This document shows, piece by piece, positions 10,396-19,487 of a stretch of DNA of 64,000 bases (position 1 is the stretch's first letter; every line of letters begins with the position of its first letter). The notes beneath the pieces were generated by a model. It saw only the letters and a program-made list of their open reading frames with translations. It ran no database searches and had not been told where the DNA came from. The DNA is taken from positions 1,184,001 to 1,248,000 of the forward strand of contig CAXXLZ010000001.1 in the NCBI GenBank assembly GCA_963675595.2, in the 5' to 3' direction. The stretch comes from Thermodesulfobacteriota bacterium (GTDB taxonomy: Bacteria > Desulfobacterota > Desulfarculia > JACQYL01). The position numbers were made by a program, and so were the translations under genes.

Positions 10396-10472
10396 GGTGG
10401 GTGTAGCTCAGTTGGCAGAGCACCGGGTTGTGGCCCCGGTTGTCGTGGGTTCAAGTCCCATCACTCACCCCA
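10396..10472 (+). tRNA. tRNA-His (GUG)
   Basis: G-1 plus acceptor stem GTGGGTG/CACTCAC, C discriminator, encoded CCA, D arm AGCTCAGTTGGCAGAGC, anticodon arm CCGGG-TTGTGGC-CCCGG, GGTTCAAGTCC T arm. Confidence 0.97.
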
Positions 10473-10482
10473 AAGAATAAGC

Positions 10483-10512
10483 AGGGCCGGATAGTTCATC
10501 CGGCCCTTTTTT
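10483..10512 (+). terminator. Rho-independent terminator after tRNA-His
   Basis: AGGGCCGGAT-agttc-ATCCGGCCCT hairpin followed by a T run. Confidence 0.85.
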
Positions 10513-10602
10513 GTGTCTGTGGTTTTGACGAGACTCAAGCCTTGGAGGTTATGTCGGGAACTGCGTGCCGACGCTCCCGAGGCTTTTTGTTGCGTGCGGG
10601 AA

Positions 10603-12501
10603 TCACTCTTTTTTTCCGTAACCGATGGTCTTCAACGCCCCCTCGATTTCGCCGAGGACAGTCGGATCGTCGATGGTTGAAGGCATTCGGAATTCCTCGC
10701 TGTCCGCGATTTTCCTCATCGTGCCTCTGAGGATTTTCCCGGATCGGGTCTTGGGGAGTCGGTCCACCACCACCGCCTGTTTGAAGCAGGCAATGGGGCC
10801 GATCTGCTCGCGCACCATTTTGACCAACTCAGCCACGATGTCGCTCTTGTCGCGTGTTACCCCCGCTTTGAGCACCACGCAACCGATGGGCACCTGTCCC
10901 TTGAGATCGTCGTTAACCCCGAGAACGGCGCACTCCGCCACGTCCCGGTGCTGGGCCAGAACTTCTTCCATTCCCCCCGTGGAGAGCCGATGTCCGGCCA
11001 CATTGATCACGTCGTCCGTTCTTCCCATGACCCAGACGTAACCTTCATCGTCGATATGTCCCCCATCCCCCGTGAGATAATATCCAGGGAACGGGTCCAT
11101 GTAGGATTCTTTGAATCTCCGGTCGTTCTGCCAAAGGGTCATGAAATTCCCGGGGGGCAGAGGCAGCTTGACCGTGATGGCGCCGCCTTTGTTGGCCGGC
11201 AAAGGCTTTCCGTTTTCAGGATCCAGAATGGTTACGGCATACCCGGGCATGGGCTTGGTGGCCGAGCCCGGTTTTACCGGGAACGTCTCCAAACCTCTGA
11301 AGTTTCCGGCGATGGCCCAGGCGGTTTCGGTCTGCCACCAGTGATCGATTACAGGCTTTTTCAGGAGTTCGGCCGCCCAATGGTAAGTGTCCGGGTCCAA
11401 TCTTTCGCCCGCCAAAAACAGGGAATCGAAATGGGAGATGTCGTACTTCTTCAGATATTCACCTTGGGCGTCCTCCCGCTTGATGGCCCGGAACGCAGTG
11501 GGCGCGGTAAAAAGTACTTTGACCCTGTGGTCGGAGATGACGCGCCAGAAGGCTCCCGGGTCCGGAGTACCGACGGGCTTCCCCTCATACAGGATGGTGG
11601 TGGCGCCCAACAGCAGCGGGCCGTACACGATGTACGAATGACCGACTACCCAGCCCACGTCGGAAGCCGCCCAGTACACTTCACCGGGTTGAATCCCGTA
11701 GATGTTCCGCATGCTCCACTTCAGGGCCACGGCGTGTCCGCCGTTGTCTCTGACCACGCCTTTGGGCATTCCCGTGGTTCCCGAAGTATAGAGGATGTAC
11801 AGCGGGTCCGTGGCCTTGACGGGTACGCAGGCGGCGGGCTCCGCCGACGCCTCCAGCTCTTCCCAATCAAAGTCTCTCTCGGGGATCAGGTCCGCTTTTG
11901 CCTGCGGACGCTGGAAAATTACACATTTTTTCGGCTTGTGTGAGGCGATCCCAATGGCCTCGTCCAGGAGAGGTTTATACGGGATGGTCTTTTTGCCTTC
12001 GATTCCACAAGACGCGGACAGGATGACTACGGGTTTGGCATCGTCGATGCGGATGGCAAGCTCTCTCGGGGCGAAACCTCCGAACACCACCGAGTGGATG
12101 GCTCCGAGACGTGCGCACGCCAGCATACCGACCAGGGCTTCGGGGATCATGGGCATGTAGAGAACCACACGGTCTCCTTTTTCCACCCCCAATGCCTTCA
12201 GGAAACCGGCCGCTCTTTCGACGCGTGAAAGAAGCTCTCTGTAAGTGAACTGCTTGGTGGTTCCAGTGACCGGGCTGTCATAGATTACGGCGGCCTGCTC
12301 GCCCCTCCCCGTTTCCACGTGCAGGTCCAATGCGTTATAACAGGTATTGAGCTCACCGCCCACAAACCATTTCCAGAACGGTGGGTTCGAAACGTCGAGG
12401 ACATTGTCCCACTTCTTGTACCAAGTGATGTCTTCCGCCGCCTTGCCCCAAAAGGTTTCCGGACTCTGCAACGACTCCCTGTAAGCCTCTTCGTAGGTCA
12501 T
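10603..12501 (-). CDS. prpE: Propionyl-CoA synthetase (acetate/propionate--CoA ligase)
   Basis: YILYTSGTTGMPKG, DHWWQTET, TGDGG and LPKTRSGKILR motifs. Confidence 0.88.
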   Translation of the reverse strand: MTYEEAYRESLQSPETFWGKAAEDITWYKKWDNVLDVSNPPFWKWFVGGELNTCYNALDLHVETGRGEQAAVIYDSPVTGTTKQFTYRELLSRVERAAGFLKALGVEKGDRVVLYMPMIPEALVGMLACARLGAIHSVVFGGFAPRELAIRIDDAKPVVILSASCGIEGKKTIPYKPLLDEAIGIASHKPKKCVIFQRPQAKADLIPERDFDWEELEASAEPAACVPVKATDPLYILYTSGTTGMPKGVVRDNGGHAVALKWSMRNIYGIQPGEVYWAASDVGWVVGHSYIVYGPLLLGATTILYEGKPVGTPDPGAFWRVISDHRVKVLFTAPTAFRAIKREDAQGEYLKKYDISHFDSLFLAGERLDPDTYHWAAELLKKPVIDHWWQTETAWAIAGNFRGLETFPVKPGSATKPMPGYAVTILDPENGKPLPANKGGAITVKLPLPPGNFMTLWQNDRRFKESYMDPFPGYYLTGDGGHIDDEGYVWVMGRTDDVINVAGHRLSTGGMEEVLAQHRDVAECAVLGVNDDLKGQVPIGCVVLKAGVTRDKSDIVAELVKMVREQIGPIACFKQAVVVDRLPKTRSGKILRGTMRKIADSEEFRMPSTIDDPTVLGEIEGALKTIGYGKKE

Positions 12502-12990
12502 CCTGCTCCCCCTTTCTGTGCGTTGATCAGAGTATCGTCGTGCCGGCGAACAATGGATATAACGTACACTCGGGTTCTGTCGATACTGCTTTCACGGTAA
12601 ATGCGCCGGTGCGGTATCGTGTCGGAATCCATGCCGTCTCCCAACTACGACCCTGTTGTCCCCCCTTTCCGCACTTCTATTGCGCCATCAAGGCTGTCAA
12701 GCAAGCACCATCTCGCTGGAATGATCACAGCGCAGTATTCGATGGAGAAACTGATTCGAAGAAGGAATTATATGAACCGGTTCGGGAGTCTCCGAAACCG
12801 AGGAGTGGACTTTGATCGTCCGAATAAGAGGCTCGTGACGTGAGGTCAATGCAATATTTCAGCTTACTTTTGGGTGGGTACGATCTTTACCGAGAGATTA
12901 TCAAGAAAGTCCAAAAGGGTCAAGTTAGAAGTGGAATCTCCACCACCAACAGGGGATATGCTTGAGGAACGAGTCCCTTAACGCTTCTTC

Positions 12991-14133
12991 TCATTTTCCC
13001 GCAGGCAGTAGGCATGACACTTCCGCCCGCAACTCCCCTGTGGGCATCCTCGCGGTGAGACGGCCATGGGAGGAGTCCGTGAGCTCCAGGCAGAGACTGT
13101 AACCCTGTCGCCCCGCATCGTCCTCCACCCGCAGCATATTTTCCCGAAGCCTTCCACGAAAAGCCACATACCCACGGGCATCCAACGTGGCCATGAGCAC
13201 GCAGTCCCCATTCTCGTAGGATTGCACGAAAAGATGGAACTCCTCATCTTCGTTGGACCAGATCCCGTTCCGGATACCTTTCACCATGGTGGGGGAATCC
13301 GTGGCATAGTCCGGCGATATCTCGTCCACGGCCTTCTCCTCGGCCATCTTGTCCGGTCCGAGACTCTTGAGCCATTGCAGAGCAGGAACACGCGCCTTCT
13401 TTCTTTTCTTGACTGCCACCACGATGTCTTGAAGACCGTAGTGGACGGGCTCCACTACTTCCAAGGCAAAATCCCTATAGAGTTCGCGAAGGTACGCCTC
13501 TTCGTAGGCAATGGCGTATTCCACCTCGATCTTGGATGCCGTCCGGTACCGATCGGCATGAAAGCGGAAATCGATATCGTTTCGTTTGCCCTCTTCGTCG
13601 GGAAGCCCTTCTTCCCGAAAGAGGAAATAGGTGATCAGGCACCGCCCGCCGGTTCGCATCACTCTCCGAATTTCGGAAAGATAGTGAGTCATGTCTTTCC
13701 TGAGCAGATGAGTAAAAACAGAGGAGGCCACCACAAAGTCGAAAGAATCGTCCGGATAAGGGAATCGAAAGGAAGACGCGGGCGAACGCCCCAACGGGTT
13801 ATAACGTTTGTTGTAAATGTCCGCGAAGCGAAACCGGAAATTGGGGCGGCGCGCCGTAATGTTTCGTGTGCACCACTCGATTCCTTCTTTATAGATGTCG
13901 AATCCTTCGAATGATCCCTTGTCGCTGAGATAGCCGGTCAGAGGAACGGCGATGCGCCCGCATCCGCAACCCACATCCAGAAGCCGATCATCCGGACGAA
14001 GGCCTCCCAAATTTACGAGATAGTCTCTGAAAGCCTCTCCCACGATCTTGAAATCGCCGCCGCCGACAAACTCGCGCATTTTCTCGGGTGGGAGCAACTC
14101 GCCTTCATGTTGGGAAGGAGAAACGGAAAGCAT
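12991..14133 (-). CDS. Class I SAM-dependent methyltransferase with C-terminal extension
   Basis: LLDVGCGCGR, GFDI and FDFVVASSVFTHL motifs. About 130 extra C-terminal residues. Start uncertain. Confidence 0.8.
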   Translation of the reverse strand: MLSVSPSQHEGELLPPEKMREFVGGGDFKIVGEAFRDYLVNLGGLRPDDRLLDVGCGCGRIAVPLTGYLSDKGSFEGFDIYKEGIEWCTRNITARRPNFRFRFADIYNKRYNPLGRSPASSFRFPYPDDSFDFVVASSVFTHLLRKDMTHYLSEIRRVMRTGGRCLITYFLFREEGLPDEEGKRNDIDFRFHADRYRTASKIEVEYAIAYEEAYLRELYRDFALEVVEPVHYGLQDIVVAVKKRKKARVPALQWLKSLGPDKMAEEKAVDEISPDYATDSPTMVKGIRNGIWSNEDEEFHLFVQSYENGDCVLMATLDARGYVAFRGRLRENMLRVEDDAGRQGYSLCLELTDSSHGRLTARMPTGELRAEVSCLLPAGK

Positions 14134-14299
14134 TCCTTGGCCTTTATGTGGTGAATGGTTTGCGGGATTTCGTCCGGCATGCACGCATGAATCATTGGCC
14201 GAACTCGGATCCGGAACCCTGCGAACGTGAAGAACAGGGACAAAGAATTCATATCTATAGCAGGCCGACAGGCATTAGACAAGAGTCGCAGCCTCTCCC

Positions 14300-16032
14300 C
14301 AGCGATTCTCGGTGTTGAGAATTTGGGTGTGTTTAGGGAGATTTTGCCTTTGTAGAGATGCGAGGATAGGTGGAATGAGGGTCCGATTTTGCGCATGAGA
14401 GGGGAAAAAGCGTGGTGAGGCAGAGGGAAGACCGGAGTTTTTTGGACCGAAGGCGCACCGGTCCCATCAAAGTTCGGACCTTTGTTTGTGACCGATGGGT
14501 TATAGGAGGCCTTTTCGCCTCAGGGGGGGCGGGCGCTTTCGGGGTCCAGGACCAAAGCCAACAGGTCTTCCCACGACTCGAATACCAGAATCCGGATCGT
14601 GCAACGCAGCTGATTCCAGTACTCGGTTCGAGCACTGAATCCCGCCCGGCATTTTTGGTACAAGGGGTCCGTCAACTCGAAAATCTGATGGAAGAAAAAA
14701 GCCACCAAGTTCAGAAGGAAAAAGACGTAAGAGAGTTGATTCTTGCCGTGACCGAAATTGTGCTCGATATGATACCCTTGGTTCTTCAGTGTATTGAATC
14801 CTTCGTTTTCGATTTTCCATCGGGCTCTGCCGATCCTGACCAGTTCCGCCACGTTTTCCGCGTCAACCGGCATGTCCGTGACCCAGCTGTTCCGGTAGGT
14901 GATCTTTCCTCCATTCTCCAGACGGTAGGCAAAAAAATGGAGGTCGGGGGCATCTTCGTTTCCGTTGAGAGGCACGCCATGGACCCATTCGTAGCTATGC
15001 ACCCGTTTCTTGTCGTCGGTGATCTCCAGGCCCGCGATCTCTTGCATCCCCCGGAGTTCTTCGATCCACTCGAAGAGCACTTTGTGGTCCGCGGGTTTGG
15101 CGACCAGCACAAAGGACATGCTCGCCCGCTTCAGCTCGGCGATGAAAGGCTGTTTGGAATACAGTCCGTCACCGCCGATAATGATGTTGAGTTTGGGATG
15201 GTCCCGGCGGATGGCTTTCAATATCCGCTTCCCCGCGTTGATCTCACAATCCTGTTTTTGGACTCCATCCTTGTTCTGGATCGATTCCGGAGCCAAAGGC
15301 ACGACTTGACGGCGATCCGGGTGGACCAGGGCCGCTTGCAGGATTTGATGGTGGTAGCGAATCCGTCCTTTGGAGGATTTTTGAACTAGACATCCGGGAC
15401 AATGGATGGTTTCCGAGGAGAAATATTCCGACCCGTCGATCACAATGAGGTATCGGCCATCGAGAACCTGAAACGATTCCAGATGCTTGCCTCGCTGTAA
15501 GCGTCGGAAGAAATCGGAGAAGACGGCCTTGATCTCTCCCGGATCACTCGCGTCGATCACGTCCCGCAGTTGCGTGTCCCCGGGCATCTCCGTCACGGAG
15601 AACAAGGTCTTGAGGTTGTCGCGGTGGGTCCGTTCCTTCAGTCTGCGTTGGAACTGCAGGAGCGAGGGGTCCTGAAAGTACATCATGGCAAAGGCGCTCA
15701 TCAGACAATCGTGCAAAGAATAAACCGTCCGTCCCCCTCGCGGGTCCCCGACCTGCTCGAACCGACGGGACAGCGCCTTTCTCAAAGACACGAAGCTGAG
15801 GTGCTTCTTCATGTGCACCCTGGTAACCTCTACATATAGTATTCAATCTAATAAAGGCTACCATATATACACCAAAAGATCTACTTTAATTTCATAGCTA
15901 ATTCCAATAGGTTATGATCCTTCCGAAAGAAGGCTGTACTCGAACCGGCATCGCCGCTTTACGAAAAAATATTCTCGAATCAGCCTTATGTCCCTCGGCT
16001 TCGCCGACTATCTTTTTCACCGGGAATTGCTG
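14300..16032 (-). mobile_element. Intact insertion sequence (1733 bp, DDE transposase, probably ISNCY/IS4-superfamily type)
   Basis: Terminal IRs CAGCGATTCTCGGTG (14300-14314) and CACCGGGAATTGCTG (16018-16032) match at 13/15. 9-bp direct repeat GCCTCTCCC at 14291-14299 and 16033-16041. Confidence 0.92.
14520..15812 (-). CDS. DDE transposase
   Basis: IDGS, GDGLY and GRARWKIENEGFNTLK motifs. N-terminal DPR...YSLHD. Confidence 0.93.
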   Translation of the reverse strand: MKKHLSFVSLRKALSRRFEQVGDPRGGRTVYSLHDCLMSAFAMMYFQDPSLLQFQRRLKERTHRDNLKTLFSVTEMPGDTQLRDVIDASDPGEIKAVFSDFFRRLQRGKHLESFQVLDGRYLIVIDGSEYFSSETIHCPGCLVQKSSKGRIRYHHQILQAALVHPDRRQVVPLAPESIQNKDGVQKQDCEINAGKRILKAIRRDHPKLNIIIGGDGLYSKQPFIAELKRASMSFVLVAKPADHKVLFEWIEELRGMQEIAGLEITDDKKRVHSYEWVHGVPLNGNEDAPDLHFFAYRLENGGKITYRNSWVTDMPVDAENVAELVRIGRARWKIENEGFNTLKNQGYHIEHNFGHGKNQLSYVFFLLNLVAFFFHQIFELTDPLYQKCRAGFSARTEYWNQLRCTIRILVFESWEDLLALVLDPESARPP

Positions 16033-16220
16033 GCCTCTCCCATTCAAGACTTCGCGTGATGGCTCCGGGTGAACGGGCAAGCGGGTTTGATCCGGCTTTG
16101 AGTGTGTGCTAAACACGGATTCTCAATGGAACGGACGGAGCACGCCCTTCCTCGGTACGGGTTCCGAGCGGCGACCGGGTGCGGGGAAGCTGTCTTATGC
16201 TCTCTTGCGGCAGCGGGGAC

Positions 16221-18515
16221 ATGAAAAAGCTCAGGGACGCCATATCCAAAGGCAAGGAACGGGAAGCTCTCCTATTGGCAAGAGAATTCTGGCCCATTCC
16301 CGAGCCCGGCGAGGATCGAAGCGAACCGACGGGAGCTGACGCCGAGGACGCGCTTCGAAATCGACTCCTCGGGCTGTTGAAGGTGTGGCCCCGGCAGGCC
16401 CTTAAGGAGCTCGGCTTGCATCCGGGCTTGGCCCGGGAACGGGAAGTCGAAAAGGCGCTGGCTTGCCGTATCCTGCTGCTGAACGACGAAGAATTCGAGC
16501 TGCTGCAAGCCGTGCCGGACGTTCCGTGGATGCAACACGCTCGAACCGTCCGATCCGCATCCGGGTTCATTTTTCAGGGAATGGACGATAAGGCCGCCGT
16601 TGAGCTCCGTTCTCTGCCCCACGGCTCCCCTTTCAGGGAGAGCCGCCTCTTCCTGAAAGGATTGTCTTGCTTCTACAGGTACCTGGACTCGGAGGCGATC
16701 AAGGCCTTCACCATGATAGAAGAGTCGGAGTGTCTGGGAGAAGTCTCGCGTGTGTTCCTTTACTTCTTGGGAGTGCGAAGCCATACCGACGGCGATGAGT
16801 TTCCTGAAAGTGATTCGGCCCTGTTTCAGGGACTGACGGCGGCGTTGGGCGAGGAAGGGCTGGCCGTGTCCGCCATGAACAGGGGCATCCGGGTCGCTTT
16901 GCGACGCCGGCAGGCAAACCACGCCATCCGGGAATTGTCCCGGCGCATTCCCGATCTTCATCCGGTTCATGCCGCCTTTCTCAAGCGGGATGTTGCTTCG
17001 GCCCTGCTGTTTTTGGGAATCTCTCCCGACGAAATCCGGAAACGATTCGCCAAGGCGCTTTCCAACGATTCCCTGGATCCCCGTCATCACCACATTCTCG
17101 CGCTGTTGCTTGAAAGTGTGGGAGACTATGCTCTCGCCGGGGATTCTTGGGCGTCCTTTCTGGAGAACGTGGAGGAGGGCGTGACCGCATACCCGGAAGA
17201 ACTCGAACCCTTCATCTTGGCCGGAGTTTGCCGGCATCTGGCACGGTTCCTGGTTCTCGATGCATCAAATCATTCCGTAGATCTCTTCGGGCACGTCGTC
17301 GAGGAGGACCAAGTCTTCGACCAGCTGGAAGAAGCTCACCGCCTGGCCTCGGTAGCCGTCACCGCGGATCCGGGGAGCCGGGAGAATTGGTTCACCCTCG
17401 TCGACATTACAGAGCGGCTGGAAGACGCCAAAGGGCTTTGGCACATACTTGAGAACATGCTTGAATACTTTCCGGACGATGCCGAGGTCTTGGCTCGTTG
17501 CGCCGAGGAGGCCGGGAAGCGGGGCTCGACGGACAAAGCCCTCAAGTTCATTCGCCGTGCCGTTGAGATCGAACCTTTGAATCGTTCTCACAGACGCAGA
17601 GAAGCAAACCTGTTTCTGGTCAAAGCCGGGAAATACGTTCGCAAGGAGGCCTACAAGAAAGCTCTGGAAACCTACGAATCGGCTCGGTCGGTCTCTCATC
17701 TCGACAAACCGACCCGATTGCGGATCAGCGGTGAGCTGGCGGCGTTTTATGAGCTGCTCGACAGCCCCGAGGATATCAGACGAGAAAAGAATCGAATCCT
17801 TTTGTCCATTCCCAAATCGTGGCTTTGGACGGCCTATTTCGTGTTGGGACGTGTGCGCATACAGCGACAGTCGAAACGCAAGCCGCTGAGCGGATTTTCG
17901 ATCTACGATTTCATCGATGCGCGAGCGGATATCCTTCCTGAAGAGCTCATGGAACTGACGGACCTCGTATCCGTCGATGCGGCCGATGATCGTGCGGGTC
18001 GCCAAGAGCTGATGATGCTTTTTCGTACGGCAATGAGCCGAGGTGTTTCGTTCATCGAAAAGGAAGACGACTTTCAACGGCTGATTCGAACCGCATTGGA
18101 TTTGCGTTTGAACGGAGAAGAGTCTCTTCTGGCGTCTGCGGAACGAGCCGATGAACTCTATCCGGGACGGCCGCTTTTCGTCTATGTCAGGTATCGCACC
18201 GCGCTTCTGCTGAGACGACCGTCCGCTTATTTTTCGGAAGCCGTGCAGGTCCTTCGTACTCAGGCTCATGAATGGGACGAACGGGACATTGATGAAATGG
18301 TGGCTCTGGAGGAGTTGTTCAACCTCGCGAACAAGGGCTTCGTTTATCCCTTTGGTCGTTCCGGCGGCAATCCTTTTTTGGAATTGGTCAACGACGTGGA
18401 GCGCTATTGCAGAAAAGCCGATAAAGAATCGGAGAGAGCGGAATCCCTTGGGAATGACGGGCAATATTGCCTATCCTTTCTTTCTCCGGATGAAGATACG
18501 GAGCCGGAATCATGA
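16221..18515 (+). CDS. Large TPR-like helical protein, first gene of the Hsp70 operon
   Basis: TPR-like segments (YFPDDAEVL, RAVEIEPLN). Overlaps the next gene by 4 nt (ATGA). Confidence 0.7.
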   Translation: MKKLRDAISKGKEREALLLAREFWPIPEPGEDRSEPTGADAEDALRNRLLGLLKVWPRQALKELGLHPGLAREREVEKALACRILLLNDEEFELLQAVPDVPWMQHARTVRSASGFIFQGMDDKAAVELRSLPHGSPFRESRLFLKGLSCFYRYLDSEAIKAFTMIEESECLGEVSRVFLYFLGVRSHTDGDEFPESDSALFQGLTAALGEEGLAVSAMNRGIRVALRRRQANHAIRELSRRIPDLHPVHAAFLKRDVASALLFLGISPDEIRKRFAKALSNDSLDPRHHHILALLLESVGDYALAGDSWASFLENVEEGVTAYPEELEPFILAGVCRHLARFLVLDASNHSVDLFGHVVEEDQVFDQLEEAHRLASVAVTADPGSRENWFTLVDITERLEDAKGLWHILENMLEYFPDDAEVLARCAEEAGKRGSTDKALKFIRRAVEIEPLNRSHRRREANLFLVKAGKYVRKEAYKKALETYESARSVSHLDKPTRLRISGELAAFYELLDSPEDIRREKNRILLSIPKSWLWTAYFVLGRVRIQRQSKRKPLSGFSIYDFIDARADILPEELMELTDLVSVDAADDRAGRQELMMLFRTAMSRGVSFIEKEDDFQRLIRTALDLRLNGEESLLASAERADELYPGRPLFVYVRYRTALLLRRPSAYFSEAVQVLRTQAHEWDERDIDEMVALEELFNLANKGFVYPFGRSGGNPFLELVNDVERYCRKADKESERAESLGNDGQYCLSFLSPDEDTEPES

Positions 18516-18820
18516 ATCCGTACCTGGTGTTGGGATTGTCTCCGGAGGCGGGCGACGAGGAAGCGGAGGCGCGGTATCGGGAAATGGCGGAACGCTTTCC
18601 GCCCGACGTCTGCCCCATCGAATTTTCCCTCATTCGACGAGCCTACGAGATGATCAGCGACGAGCGTCGGCGTATCGAAACGCTGCTTTTCCATTTCGAT
18701 TCCATCGTCGGTGTATCGATGGGCGGGTCTCGTGAGCACACGAAGGCCGTGCGTAGGGATCGAATTCCACCGGAGCAACTGGCGTTGCTCCTGCGAGGTG
18801 GGCGCGATGAACTCCCCTGA
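18512..18820 (+). CDS. Small J-domain-like protein (FPPD in place of HPD)
   Basis: NPYLVLGL...ARYR....FPPD....F..IRRAYE.I.D..RR is a DnaJ J-domain pattern. Confidence 0.75.
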   Translation: MNPYLVLGLSPEAGDEEAEARYREMAERFPPDVCPIEFSLIRRAYEMISDERRRIETLLFHFDSIVGVSMGGSREHTKAVRRDRIPPEQLALLLRGGRDELP

Positions 18821-19475
18821 AGCGCTTCGAGATGAATTGCTGGCGATTCTGAGAGAAGAAACGGGTCGATTCCGAGAGGAGGATTTGTCGGAGGTCATGG
18901 GTCCGGCGGTCGACCTTTGTTCCCTGCTTTCGGAAATGATCGCTTTGAAACGGGAAGTCAGGGCGAACACCGTAGCGTCCAGGCAGTATCAGGAACTCAT
19001 GGGTCAGGCGCTGGCGTCACTGCAGATGAAACAGAGTCGGGCCGAAGCGGAAGAAGAACAGCTGAAAGGAAAACTGAACGGTCTCAGAAAAGAGCATAGG
19101 GAAAGAGTGATCTCTTTGTTGATCGAGACGGCGGACCGGCTGGAAGATTCCTTGCGGCTGTCTCGGAGGCGGGCGAAACGGAGGGGGCCTTTCAGGCTTT
19201 TCAAGCCCCACAAAGCCGCCGTGGCCCTAACGGAAGGGCTTTCGCACACGCTGAACAGGGTTCGATGGAGGCTGGAGGAGACAGGAGTGACGAGGATCCC
19301 CACGCTGGACCGACAATTTGACCCCGAGCTCATGGAGGCCTTGGAGGTAGGCAGAAGAAAAGACGCGCCCGATGGACGCGTACTTGAGGAGTTGGTCGCC
19401 GGGTATAGGACGGCGGGACGTGTCATAAGGTTCGCGCAGGTAGTTGTGAATCGTTTACCGGACAAGCAGAAATGA
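18807..19475 (+). CDS. grpE: GrpE-family nucleotide exchange factor (paralog)
   Basis: Coiled coil followed by FDPELMEA...GRVLEE..AGY...RVIRFAQVVV. Confidence 0.85.
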   Translation: MNSPEALRDELLAILREETGRFREEDLSEVMGPAVDLCSLLSEMIALKREVRANTVASRQYQELMGQALASLQMKQSRAEAEEEQLKGKLNGLRKEHRERVISLLIETADRLEDSLRLSRRRAKRRGPFRLFKPHKAAVALTEGLSHTLNRVRWRLEETGVTRIPTLDRQFDPELMEALEVGRRKDAPDGRVLEELVAGYRTAGRVIRFAQVVVNRLPDKQK

Positions 19476-19487
19476 GGTCTGAAATTA

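Noticed and set aside
10396-10472. tRNA-His as an island or prophage integration site
   Set aside because: No integrase and no duplicated tRNA 3' end was seen. The flanks are housekeeping genes.
12502-12990. Possible riboswitch or sRNA upstream of prpE
   Set aside because: Only short hairpins were seen, with no recognisable riboswitch consensus. An Rfam/Infernal scan would be needed.
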